Origin: Antedon mediterranea
Lineage: Eukaryota > Animalia > Echinodermata
Direction of reading: 5' to 3'
Assembly: GCF_964355755.1 (NCBI RefSeq)
Contig: NC_092673.1
Location: forward strand, 27,463,648 to 27,527,647
DNA length: 64,000 nt
Shown: positions 22,537 to 35,861 of the stretch, in pieces
Position numbering within the stretch: the first letter of the stretch is position 1
How the letters are laid out: each line of letters opens with the position of its first letter
The notes under the pieces: model-generated
What the model was told of the DNA's origin: nothing
Database searches by the model: none
The model's input: only the letters and a program-made list of their open reading frames with translations
Translations under genes and position numbers: made by a program

Positions 22537-25500
22537 ATGGATGAGGAGGGAACTGCATTACTTTCGGATATCGACAATCCTGACAAAACAAATTCAAGCA
22601 AAACTAAAAAAAAGAAATCTAAGACACTTAATCGATTAAGGTGATACATTTATAAATTATTACTGTTAACTAATTTATGTGAATATTATAAATTATGTGT
22701 TCTGTAACTTTAGTAAATGTATCTGTAAATCATGTACAGAAGTTTACACACAATTGTAGAATGTACTTCACTGACATTTTGCCACATTTATAATGATTTA
22801 CATCATTGCTCATGGTACAGCATTTTACTCAATTGCATTTAGAGGAATTCAATGTATGATTTACTCATTTATCACCATTTTATTTTATTCATTCGGTATA
22901 TAATAACAAATCATTAAACGATGTGAATTTTCTTCCACAGAAAGCTAAAAAAGACAAATGGTACAATTTCGCCAAGCTCTGGACTATTACCTCGTCCCCC
23001 TGACGACGCAGACAAAAATTCTTTAAATGATTCGATAAGCAATCTCGCAAAACACAAGGAACAGAATGTCACTAATGGAGATATTGCCAATAATTTTACA
23101 AAAAATGATAACGAAACTAGTACTCCACTAAAAGTTAACTCTGCTTTTGTTGCCAACGTATATTTTGGCGGTAGTCCGCATCGTCCGTCCCCGCCACCAA
23201 AAATTACTGATGGTAAAAATGATATTGCTGATAAACCTAGACCTGTACCACGGCGTCGAATCAAGACCCCTCCAATTTCTGAAGAAGATAAATTAATTGA
23301 GAAATCAGAGACAAGAATCGAAAATTCAATACCTGAACCTGAATTTGGTTCAATACTACCTGAAGATCAACCTGATGTGCCATCAAGTCGCAGGAAGTCT
23401 ACAAGTACTCTGGACATTAGAGAAGGTCTGCCATCAAATAAACCAGTTCCTCCTCCCCCTCGTAAAGAAGAAAGTTTATCAGGAGACCTTCATAATTCAG
23501 AAAAGATTGATCAGTTAAAAACAGAATGTAATAACAAACCAGTGTTTGTCTTTGATCCCGCCACAGGTGAGATGGTTGTAAAAAAGACTTGTAAAGACAA
23601 AACAAAAACCTCACTACCTGTTGTTGATTTAGAGGACAGTAGTTCAGAAGATGATCTGGTTATACCTGTAAGAAAGCCAAAACCAAAGACATCTGAATCT
23701 CATTTACAAAATGGCTTGCATGCCCAAGAACAAAAGGATACCAAAAGAACTTCTAGCAATATATCGCAAAGTATTATGCCGTTAAAAACATCAACACCTC
23801 TTAGGAGTGTACATCAGGAAAATAAAAGTCTTTTAACCAATGATGGAAAGAAGGAGGATACGGAGAGTGATGATGATGTGATTATTGTAAATCTTGGTCA
23901 GAAAAATAAAAAAAGAACTACATCTTTACCCCCTGTAGGTACATCAGAAACAGTCAACATTGTCCAAAAGCAAGATGGTATACCTTTTATCACATCATCA
24001 TCTCTTCCTGTCAAAGAGGTAAGAGAAACTAAATCAGAAATTTTTATAAGGCCTCGAACTGTACCGCTGCAGGAACAAGACATTCCAAGTCAGGAATCGG
24101 GAGTTGAGTCTGATAGATCATCAACCGTTGATGATGAATCAAGTCAACCTGGTACGTCATCAATGAACGACAAACTCCCCCCTATTTATCCAAAACAAAC
24201 TTTACCAGCTCTATCACAAAATTCATACAGAACTCCATTTAAAGTGGATGAACAGCAGCATTCAAAGATCGTTGAAAGAAGTGGTTCTCTGCCGTTCTCA
24301 GAACCTGTGGTGGGAGCAGATGACACGATGTCAATGACAAATAGGTCTTTTATGTCGACCGGTGCCTTACCAACTATCACAACCAAGGCTTTGAAAAACC
24401 GGTAAGTTATTTCTCATTTCTAAAGCTCTATCTACACTATCAAACTAGTTTTGACAAAAAAAGTGTGATGTGCACATGTATGGTAGTAATACGCCCAAAT
24501 ATGGTAGTGATATGACATCATCATGTCCATATATGGGCACATCACATTTTTTTGTCACATAAAGATAGTGTAAATCGAGATTAATTCTCTCTTTAGTGTG
24601 GCATTATTTAACCTTCAGTTGACAATACTCCTATTACAAAATTGTTTTCTATCTGTGTGTTTCGAAGGAGGAGGCTAATGATGAATGTCTATTCAATGAC
24701 CATTATATCATCTACATTACCTACTGTAGATGTTTAAGTACAGTAGTACAAATTGGCATTCATAATTAAATGTGCTATTGTAATCAGAAAACATGCACTT
24801 TAACCTTACTGTAAGCTTTTAATGAATGTTTAGTATGATCCAAACGATCACAACATAGAAAATTATCTGATTAAACATTCAGTTCATATGATAATTACCA
24901 CAGTGTAAAAATAATACTAAAACATTAACAATTACTGTAATGACAAAATATATGACATTGACAACAATAACACAACCATTGAAGAAGTATAATAAATTAA
25001 TAGACATTTTTCATGTACTTTATTTTTATCAGTGTCTATAATTCTATCTGATTTTTGTAACTTTTACATTTTATTCTGTATTGCCTTTTTTCAAACACAA
25101 TTTACTGCCTGAATAAAAGTGGTTCTTAAAAAAATAGCTTTATATAGTATGACAGGTTTATTGATTTTTATATTAATATTAGTGTGGTGTAATATTATTA
25201 GGTTATATGCATGATATGCATATAACCTCTTGATTCTGTCAAAATCTTTATTTATTTATTTATTTATTTATTCTTTCCTTAGCACTATTTTGTCCGTGCA
25301 TTATATTGGCATCAGTTTAATCTAGTCAAGTCAAGTTTTCAGAGTATATTCCTCATGGCCAGGAATCGATGTGGTTATATTTTCACGATGCGTAATCAAA
25401 AATTACGCGGTCTACGCGCGATTTTACGAAATCACGTTTGTAATCATATCTTCACAAGCATGAATCACAATTAAACAAAATTTGGTACTCATAAATTTCA

Positions 25501-28500
25501 GGTCATATTTCATCATATGGCAATGAAATTACGTGCGTAGCGCATATAACGCTTGCGTACGCGCGCTTAAAATGTTCAAAATTGTCAAAATTTATTTTCG
25601 ATGAAATTAGAGTACGTTTCAGGCAATTTTAAGCGTTTAAAAAAATGCCATGAGTGCGCAGATTTTTGCACGCGCACTGCGCGTTAAACGTTAATGCGCA
25701 CTCTTTTTGCCCGATTTCTGTTTTACAATCTTTCTTTAATAATATCATCATATTTGATTCAGGTTTCAACTCGAAATTGCGTTATACGAGCACGTCAAAA
25801 GTCACTGGCTACGCACATATAAGTTAACAAAATGGTGAAAATATGCAAAATTTTAAAATTAATATATATCGTCAGAATGCAGGGGAACACCTATTTTTTA
25901 TTTCATTTTCTTGAAGTGTATGTATCATATGTATGATTTATTATCAAATAAAGAGAACAAAAGTTGATTAAGTCATCATTAATTGCATATTAAATTTAAA
26001 AAAAATAATTTCGACAATCAAACAAATTATGACATTTTCTTATGCCAAAATAACAAACTTAACATTAACTTTCTTCCTTCAAAAATTCATATATTAAAGT
26101 TAAAAGTATGTAGTTTGACAGTGCATCATTTGTATACATTTTAAAGATGTCATCATAGTAAAAAATTATAATTCATTTCGGTATGTAATAATCTATTTGC
26201 ATCAAAGTGGTTACTGCATAGTAAATACACGGAGGAATTTTTCTACAACTTTTAGTCAGTTGTGTACGGCTCGGTGGTCTGTGCTCGTGTCTATGGCATT
26301 CAAGGTACCGAGATCGAGTCTCACCTTGGGAAACGAAATAAGATTTTTTTTTTATTATCCGTATTGTTTGTTCAAATTTATTTCTTAGTGTATAGATTAT
26401 ACACATGATTTATAATGAAATCTAGATAAAAATTAACTTATGTCTTTATTATTATGTAACAACAAATGTGGTTTATGACATTATACGCATATGGATCTTT
26501 GATCGGATTGTGATACCGGCTATGGTGTTCGCGTTAGCAAGGTCCTATCATATATTATAAATAATTAAAGATTCTGAGAAATTCAATCAATCAATATATC
26601 TTTTAAAAATCAATTATCTTGATTTAAATCAATGCATATAACCTATAATTCGTCATAGTGACGAATTAAATCTAGTTTTCTCTTAATATGGTATTAGTGA
26701 AAAGATTCACTTAATATATTATAATATTTGTAGAATATTATTATTATTCTATGCCATTTTTTAAGCTCAAATTGTATGATGTGCCCAAATATGGCGCAGT
26801 GATATGACATCATCATGTACATAATATAGATACATCACATTTTTTTGTCAAAGTCAAAGTTTGATAGTGTAGACAGAGCTTTAGCCTTCATCACAAAGAT
26901 TAATTTCAACCAACCCACTAGAAAAAGGAAAAGGCCTCTTCTTTTTTTAAATTGGAAAGGATGACAGTGACACAGAACCGGTAGTGTAGGGGGCGGTTGC
27001 GCTTCTTCTAGATCCAGACTGTATAATAGAGAACACATTGTCTATTTATAAAGGTTTATGTTTTAAACAATGGTTATCTAATGAGATTATTCAATGAATG
27101 ACGTCAAATATTAATCAAACCTTATGGAATACTGTAATTAAACTAAGCAACTTGCCCTTTTTCTAATTATTATACCTGCCTTCCTTAACACTGCTGATTA
27201 GTCACCGTTTTTTTTTTCATGTTGTTTAAGCTATGGTACTACAGTAACTATACTGTTAGTTTAAGTTTAGTTTAATTTGTTTTAAAATTATGTTACATGT
27301 CGTAGGGCCCCTCGTAAGAGCAGTTTTTATTTATTACTGAGAGGGCTACCCTACAGAAAGAAAACGAAATAAATAAATTAATAAATAAAACTGAAATGTG
27401 GATAATTAAACATGATTAATCCATTCGTAAATGAATTATCCAATCTGAAATGATTTCAGAATTTTAACACTAAATTAAAATCTTTAAATAACTAAAAATG
27501 CAGATTGAAGCAATTAGTTAAACTCTGTTTTATTATATAAGCCAAATCTAGTTAATCTGCCAATTTTAATGCATAATAATAAATACATATTTTTTTTAAA
27601 AAGCTGTAGTACAGTAATAATAAAATTAATATAAAAGCATGAAGTCAGTGTGAAGATTTTTTCATTATTTATATCAAACAAATATAAATTAAAGGTCAAT
27701 TTTAGTTACTTTACTTTAAAATAGAAATAAAGAAATTATTATTACAATTTTGGATAAAGCTATCGCTTATAAAAGATACATACTGTATTGTCAAGGACAT
27801 ATTAGGATTTAATTTGGGGATTTGGAAGAGAAAACCTATCCCTACTGCTAATATATTTTTTGTGTATGAATATTCATTCAATTGAAGTACTGTATATTGA
27901 TCGAAACGTCAAAAAACTCACAGTTCTTTTCATTACTATATACGTGGTGTACCGCAAACTTTATATCAACATTTTGATTTCGCATTGCAAACCTTGAGAC
28001 ATTATTATATCAACATTATTCATTCTTATGTCAAATTTGAATCAAATAATAATAATAATTTTGTTATTATTATCATAGGAGTTATTTGAGTGGAGGACTC
28101 CAAGCAACCAACAGCCTCCTGGGTAGAGAGGAGCTTGAGCGTTATTTCCCAGATCGTCAGTTAAAAATATTTATGGCAACATGGAATATGCACAATGAAA
28201 AAGTAAGTTTGCTGTAATATTAGATTAGAGAGAGAGAGAGGAAACATGGATGTTGCAAGTGTGTATCCAGGAAAGAGTGGACAGTGCGTCTGTCTTTTGC
28301 ATTTCACTAATAGTAACATCTCCTCATTCAGTGGCATAATGGCTATGACTATGAGCGCTCACTAACTAAACCCATGGGCCTAGAGCATGATCAAACCAAA
28401 TGCAACCCAGTATTGGAGGACCCATTACCCCACTGAGCTTGTTATATGATATATTTTGTCTGGAGAATAGTGATATACTAGTGCTATTTGTAGTAGGACA

Positions 28501-31500
28501 AGAATCATTTATATATTTCAGAAACTTGCCCATACAGTTTAATAATGTAATGACTTACTTTGTGAAATATGTTATGTGTTCTGTGTTCTCTATCTCCGAC
28601 TGATTATTTTATTTATTGAACTAAGGGATCTGGACCAACAGGTGGTAAACACCTCTGAAGCGGTCCAGTCTAAATTGCAAGTGGCTGTGTGTGATACTAC
28701 TGTATAGTGGCTGTGTTTGTGTGGACTAGTTCACCGGGGTAACCCCCTATTGTCCCCCAAAGATGTACTAGATTCTAGATGAGCTATGTGTACACTGGAC
28801 CAACGGTTTATAGTCCTTATCTGAGAAGACACGGATGACATACTCAATAATTAAATTTGACTGGGATGTTTTTGTGTCTTGTTAGGATATACCAAGTAAT
28901 CTTGAGGATCTTCTTCTGCCTGATGACACTGTCTTTGTACAAGATATCTATGCTATCGGAACTCAGGAATCTTGCCCAGAAAAGTAAGTATTGTTTAAAC
29001 TATTTTTAGTTTGTTTTATTTCTCTTTATTTGGAATTCAGTATCTTTATTTTGAGTTACCCTTTTTATATAAAATTATTCAACGTATCTCTTCCCTGGTA
29101 TTAAAAGTATTCTGTTTCAAAGATTATGATTGGTAAACAACGGCCAGAGATAGCATATATATGTCATATGTAACTAGCATGGTTGTTTTTTCTAGACAAG
29201 AATGGGAAGTTAACATTCAACAGATTCTAGGCCCCACTCATGTGCTGCTTCATTCAGCGAATCATGGCGTACTAAATCTGCTCATATTCATCCGCCGAGA
29301 TCTCATCTGGTTTTGTTCTCGTAAGTAAAGATATAAAACAGTTACCTTTTTTGAGAAAGGAGTTTACAAACTTTCAGAAAGTGAGAGACATTCCAATTGT
29401 TACTCCTCCCCCACATGCAAGGGATAAGGGAGACATTCTACTCACTATCTCTTCCCTACCTGCATAAGATAAGGGAGAGGCATTCTAACAACTACTCTTC
29501 CCCCACCTGTAACAAACAAAAAACAATCTACTTGTTCCCCAACCCCCAACTGCATTTGATAAAATATTTAATAATCTGTAATTTCCAACCAAACGTTTAA
29601 TAAATAACATTAATTATGATTATATTACAATTACTTTTCAGCTATTGAGGAAGACAGAGTATCTACAAGAGTCGGGTCTATGATCAAGACAAAGGTACAG
29701 ACAATGAACTATATTCATTATTATTATTCAAGATATTAATTTTTAATTAGACTGCGATTCTGAAACAAAATCTAGATGTAAATATGGATTTGACTAAGTA
29801 ATCATATTCGCTATTATCATTGTCTTTATTCCCATTGTGATGGAGTTGTCTAAATGGACTTTTTGAAGATGTGCATATTTCGTGCTAGAGTAAAACCCTC
29901 TATTGGGGACAACCCTATTAAGGAGACACTTTTCAATGCAAGGAAGGACAGGCAATATAAATTAGTAAATAATAAAAAAAAAGTAATAATAATATTTTTG
30001 CACATATGGCGTTTCATACGTATAATACATGAGCTCGTATGAGCTTGGTATAACTTGTATTTTCAGACAAAAATTGAAATGGGAGTAACATATAAAAGAC
30101 AATAACATTTTAACACTACGGCCAACCCCTATTTAGGAGACACTCCTGTTATGAGAACACTTTGTTCGGTCCCGAAGGTGTCCTCTTAATAGTGGTTCTA
30201 TTTTTTTAATTGTTTCCTAAAATGTACATTAATTTTTTCCTTCTTTTTCCAGGGTGCTATGGCTGTGGCTTTCAATTTCTTTGGAACATCGTTACTATTT
30301 ATTGCATCTCATTTCACCTGTAAGAAAGTTTGTATTTATCTAGAAACAATTTATAGTATATGATTTTTGATAATCTGCTTTTTTAAATATTTTATTTTTT
30401 ACCTGTTTTTATCATGATTGTATTTAATATTGTACGACTACGGTTTCAGCCATTGGCTGTTTGTGTCATTTGAATAAAGATATACCGATATATGTAGCTC
30501 CACAAATCTAAGAGCTACAGTGCAACGTTAATGTAGAGTTTTAAGTAGTAGTGAAGCTGTAGATTGACACGCTTGCCTTCCAATCCCAAAGTCAATGGTT
30601 TAATCTTGACCAAGTGCTGGGGTAGTAACTCAAGACTTACTTATTATGTTTTAATTATGCTATTTCATATTATTTATTGATATAATTGTAGATTCCCAGC
30701 TATTAAGCTTACAGTTGGTACCCATTTCACTCAAACCATTATGTTAATAATACTTATACTTTTTTTCTGTTGTGGTGAAATTCAATTTTGAATTGAATTT
30801 GAATTGAATTGAAACTATTTTTAATAATTTGTTAATTTCATTCATGGTTTTTTTTTTATCAATGGTTATCTTTTGTTGTTGTTTGTCAACAGCCGGAGAT
30901 GAGAAATTAAAAGAACGTGTTTTGGACTATGAGAAGATCATTACAACCCTACAACTACCAGTGAAAGATTCACCCATCAGGCCTTATAACAAGAGCAGCA
31001 GTGAGTAATGATATCATCACTATCTCATCTTTATTGTCATTAATATTGTCATTGTCATTATTATCATATTGTTGTTAAGATATTTATTATTATCACTGTA
31101 TCATCATATATCATTGTCATAATATTATCTTTGTTGTCATTGACAATGGCATCACAGACAGAATGAAATTTATCACCTAAAAATTGTTTTTCTTCACAGC
31201 TGATGTGACAGCCAAGTTTGACTGTGTTTTTTGGTGTGGTGACTTCAACTTCCGAATTGACCTTCCCAAGGAACGGGTTGAGAAATGGATAACAAATATG
31301 AAGAAAAAAGATGAACCAAACTTTAACAAACTCTTAAAGGAGGACCAACTTATTAAAGAAATGAAACGAAGTAAGTTAGTAAATGACAATGTTAATAAAG
31401 TGACAATGTTAGGAAGTGACAATGTTAACATTGACAATTTTGGTGACAATGTTAGGAAGTGAAACCATTAATTAACATTGTCAAGTTAGTGACAATGTTA

Positions 31501-32416
31501 GTATTAAGTGACAATGTTAATAAGTGGTAATGCTAGCAAGTGACAATGTTAATAAGTGGTAATGCTAGCAAGTGACAATGTTAACATGACATTGTTAACA
31601 TTGTTTAATGTTTGTAAGTGACAATGGTAGTAAGTAACAATGTTAACATTGTCAATTTAGTGACAATGTTAGGAAGTGACACCGTTAACATTGTCAATGT
31701 AAATGACAATGTTAGTAAAGTGACAATGTGGTGTGATGTTAGTGACAATATTAGTGACAACTTAGTAAGTTACAATGATAATTTGTGGTAAAAAATGTTA
31801 ATATATGATCGACAATTACATGCTATTTTGGGGACATTTTTCAGAAGAAGTTTTTAAACACTTTAAAGAAGATGAAATCCGGTTTTTCCCAACATACAAG
31901 TTTGATTTGACAACTGACGAGTATGACACATCAGTAAAAGCAAGAGTTCCATCCTATACTGTGAGTAGTTACCCCTTTTTTTTATTGTTAATTTGTTTTG
32001 TTCTGGATGTTTGATTTGTTGGGACATATCCGTCATACCTATATTGACTATTTCTATTTTTAATTAATTCATTTTTATCAGATTTGTTTGCATTTCATTT
32101 TTTTATTGATTTCAAAGGGATATGATTCTAAACATTCCTAACAAGTATTGAAATATCTATTTTACAGGATCGAATTTTATATCGATCAAGAAAGAAAGAC
32201 GATGTCACAGCTCATGTATACAATTGCTGCGAAACAATCAAAATTTCAGATCATCGGCCTGTTTACGCTATCTTCTCTGCGAAGATTCGTCCTGGACGCC
32301 ATGATATGCCGACAGGGGGCGGACAGTTTGCGAGGAATGTGTTTGTAGAGGGCAACAAACGGAGAGCTGAAGCGTTGAGGAATGAGAAAACTAGTTCTGT
32401 ATGTGTTATTCTTTGA
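22537..32416 (+). CDS. INPP5E: Inositol polyphosphate 5-phosphatase E (72-kDa type)
   Basis: Exons 22537-22640, 22941-24401, 28079-28202, 28886-28983, 29196-29320, 29642-29694, 30253-30319, 30893-31000, 31200-31370, 31845-31960, 32168-32416. Motifs: [64 protein letters not shown], and a C-terminal CaaX box CVIL. Confidence 0.93.
25196..26676 (+). mobile_element. Helentron-associated non-autonomous element (HINE/DINE-1-like)
   Basis: 5' palindrome AGGTTATATGCAT-GAT-ATGCATATAACCT (25200-25228), a (TTTA)n microsatellite, a 3' subterminal IR ATGCATATAACCTA (26632-26645), a 3' hairpin TAATTCGTCA-TAG-TGACGAATTA (26646-26668), and an end at CTAG followed by a T-run. Confidence 0.75.
31380..31780. 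repeat. Degenerate GTGACAATGTTA minisatellite with interspersed inverted units
   Basis: Many GTGACAATGTTA(A/G) units alternate with TTAACATTGTCAA and fill most of an INPP5E intron. Confidence 0.8.
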
Positions 32417-35030
32417 CGTCTGTTTCACATTCAGATGCTTGTTACTGTTCACAAGGTAAATTCTATAACACAGAGTCACATATGAGTCACGTGTGTAGCC
32501 TGTGTTTATGCTTATATGATACACCGTACAGACAGTATACCTTACAACTGACAGTACATTTATTTATTATAATAACTTATTATTCAATGTGCTTAAAGTG
32601 TTAGAATATGTGCTTAATAAATGATGTTTTATTAAATTTTATTGTTCAACTCAAACTTATCAACGAGAAATGTTATGTGTAAAAAAGATGAATGATTTTA
32701 TAAATACAAAGTAACAGGCATAATAATTGTTGACACCAACAAGAAACATGTTGTTAAACTTAATATTTTATAATTAATATAATTATAAAGACATTTTGCA
32801 TTACTTTTTGTTATTACATTCTTACGCTTAGAAAAGTGATTTTTATATACAGTGCATAATCTGCAAATGCCTATGCAAACTTTTGTTTTATAGCCAGTGT
32901 TTTGTACACCTGTATTTAACCACCTGTATTTTATGATCTTATTACCATGGCAGACACCTTGATTTAATGTGCTTTCGTGTATATGAAATATGTAAATTAT
33001 GTATAAATTAAATGTAAATAATGTTACATATTTATGAAATAGGACATTGGTAATAACAGTATAATATGGTTAGAATGTGCTTGATTTTATTCATGCGTTG
33101 ATTTATGCTCATGCATATTCATATTTCTTTTAAATCGGCAACCAATCAATGTGTTTCATGGTAATAGATTTGGCTGGAGTAAAATGCACACATTGATGTT
33201 TGTGGTAGGTTGTGTAACTACACCAAAATGTGTTGTTGCAGAAGAAAACAATGCCTCAATCGGTCCTACTAAACAACACACCACAACACTAGGCCTATAC
33301 ATAATACCACCCACGCACTTTAGTACTCTTGAAGGGAGTATTTAAGAGGCTCACTTAGGTTCTGGTTTCATTGTTTAGGCTTTGCAACATGCATTAGCGC
33401 ACGTAGGAATAGGCGCGTGCGTGTCGTACTATTTACCTATATAATAGCGATATATGGAGTGTGGTGTTTAATAGGACCCTTTGTCCATTGCTCCAAGGTC
33501 GTATATGCCATTAAATCTCTAAAAAATGATACCATTTTAAATGTTTTATAAATGTATAGATTTTGGAATTTATGACATTTTTACAATTTGATTGTATTTT
33601 AAGCGTATGATAACACCCTGTTTCTAAATCTTGAATTTATTTAACAATAGTTTTAATACATTCCTAGCATGTATTACCACTGCATATATTGATGTTTACA
33701 CAGTATTAATGTATTCTGAAATTAAAATATGTACTGTATATTTTAAGAGTTTTATATGATTTTTAATTGGCCCAATGTAAAGCTCTGTCTACACTATCAA
33801 CTTTTTGTGACAAAAATATGTGATGTGCCCAAATATGGTGGTAATATGACATCATCATGTCCATATATGGGCACATCAATTTTGTTGGCTTACGAAATGT
33901 ATTCAATCCGTATTACTGTCAGAACCCTATTAAGAGGACACATGGTTTTTATTTGGCCTTGTATAATATATATATATATTTAATCATTACATTACTTGTT
34001 AAGAAGACATATTCAAGACCTAACTAAATAGAGGGCGGATGTAGTGTACGTACATTCGCCGTTTGTTTCACAAGAAAGTGTCCCATTAAAAGGTTGTCCC
34101 AAATAGGATTCATTCTACTGCATTTAATATTATTTTGATAAACAGTGTAAACCGTGATATATTCGTTGATTACTTGATTTATATTATAATATATCTTAAA
34201 TGCTGTGCAATTTGTATTATTTTATGCTTATATTCTGCGTGTATTTGTCTAGCGTCAGAAAAATAAACAAGTTATAACGTCTTGCCCAAATTTTAAACTG
34301 TTTTTTGTTTTGATTCGTCTGTACTGTAAATTTAGCGTTCTGTTAATGTAATATAATAGAAATATAAAACTATTCAGAAAACAAGTGTGAAGACGTCATT
34401 GTTATTTTACATTTCCAACTTTATTTATTCATCTATGGGACAAGACTACTAAAGGAACGATATGGTGCCTGCCGCGTTTCCCGACCATGCCATGCCATGC
34501 CCGAACTATATTAAACCAAGGACCTATGAATTAGTTCCATGATTAAACCATGGACAATAAGTTATTTCGCCATGATGAAACGTAGATTGGTTTTATTATA
34601 TTTGCTCTATGATAATAATATTCGTCACGCTGTATGTTGGATGGTTGAGTAGTCGTTATTGGTGCATGCCGTGTAGGTGCATTCATGAACTGAAGACGGA
34701 AATAAACTAAAATTTGAATAATTTTTGTAGTTCTTTTTGTTGTTAGCAATTCACCCAGAGGTATGTAAACCTAGTTTATCAAGTTAGTTGTTGTGAAGCT
34801 TTGATTTTTAACAAAAAGTTGACGCATTCTTTGCTAGCTTCCACCTCCTAATGCAAGTACACTGGCATACAAGTAGGTCTACAGGAGGAATAATTATACA
34901 GTAAATCGTTCCTACTATTCATTCGTATTCATAATTTTGGAAGGTAAGTTTTAAAACTATACTTAGGTATTTCCGTCTCAAACAGGCCGCTCCACAACGT
35001 AAGGCTGGACTCACGACAAAACTTTGTTTA

Positions 35031-35240
35031 ACCAAGGAAATCTAACAACAGGACACTGAGCTCGCCTCGTCAATATGGGGGGAACTCGTAAGAGCCCTAA
35101 TTTGATCTTATGTCAAATACCAGATTTACTGTATTATGTATGTATTTTCTGTACTGTCTGTTAAGGGGCGTGGAACTGACCGTGTGGCAGCCACAGATAA
35201 ACCCTCTGATCTTCGTAGCTCACCATCCTCTTACCTTGGT
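35031..35240. mobile_element. MITE family C, copy 1
   Basis: Homologous to 60891-61108 (CAAGG(A/C)AATCTAACAACAGGACACTGAGC...TTGATCTTATGTC...GCTCA(C/G)CATCCT); the right TIR is partly deleted. Confidence 0.7.
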
Positions 35241-35861
35241 TTAACTGCATGTGATGATGGTTATCGCTGGCAGTGAATTGTATTATAGTGCCTAGTATTG
35301 CTTAAGGGACTCGTGAGACAGAATGTTTTTCTTCTAGCTCTTTTTATCTCAAAAGCTTTGTCTACACTATCAAACTAGTTCGACAAAAAAGTGCGATGTG
35401 ATCAAATATGGTAGTGATGTGCCCAAATACAGTAGTGATATAACATCATCATGTCCATATATGGGCACATCACATGTTCTTGTCACATAAATCATCAACA
35501 CTATACTATATTAATGTTTTTACTTCAGCGTTATTGTTTGCAATTCAAGTATGAACAATGGTTTCAAACAATAATAGAGTGAGCTTTCGATTTGGGACGA
35601 CCTATGACATACGCCTACACGTATTGGAATTTAGAGTTTTCATTTATTTATATTTTAACATAATTATTATGATTTGTATATTTGTATAATTTAAAAAAAA
35701 ATGTGTTTTTTGTTACATACAGTTTGATAGTGTAGACATAGCTTTAAATGTTTGTTCATTCTCAGTTGAATTCAGAGACATAAATGTTTATTTTATTCGA
35801 TTGTCGCATAGCTTTCACAAAACCAACGTTATCATTGATTATGTTTGTTGTTTTCCTTTAG

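Noticed and set aside
27880-27970. Penelope-type hammerhead ribozyme (CGAAAC motif; second copy at 50170-50280)
   Set aside because: The CTGANGA core and stem II are not recognisable. At most it is a decayed remnant.
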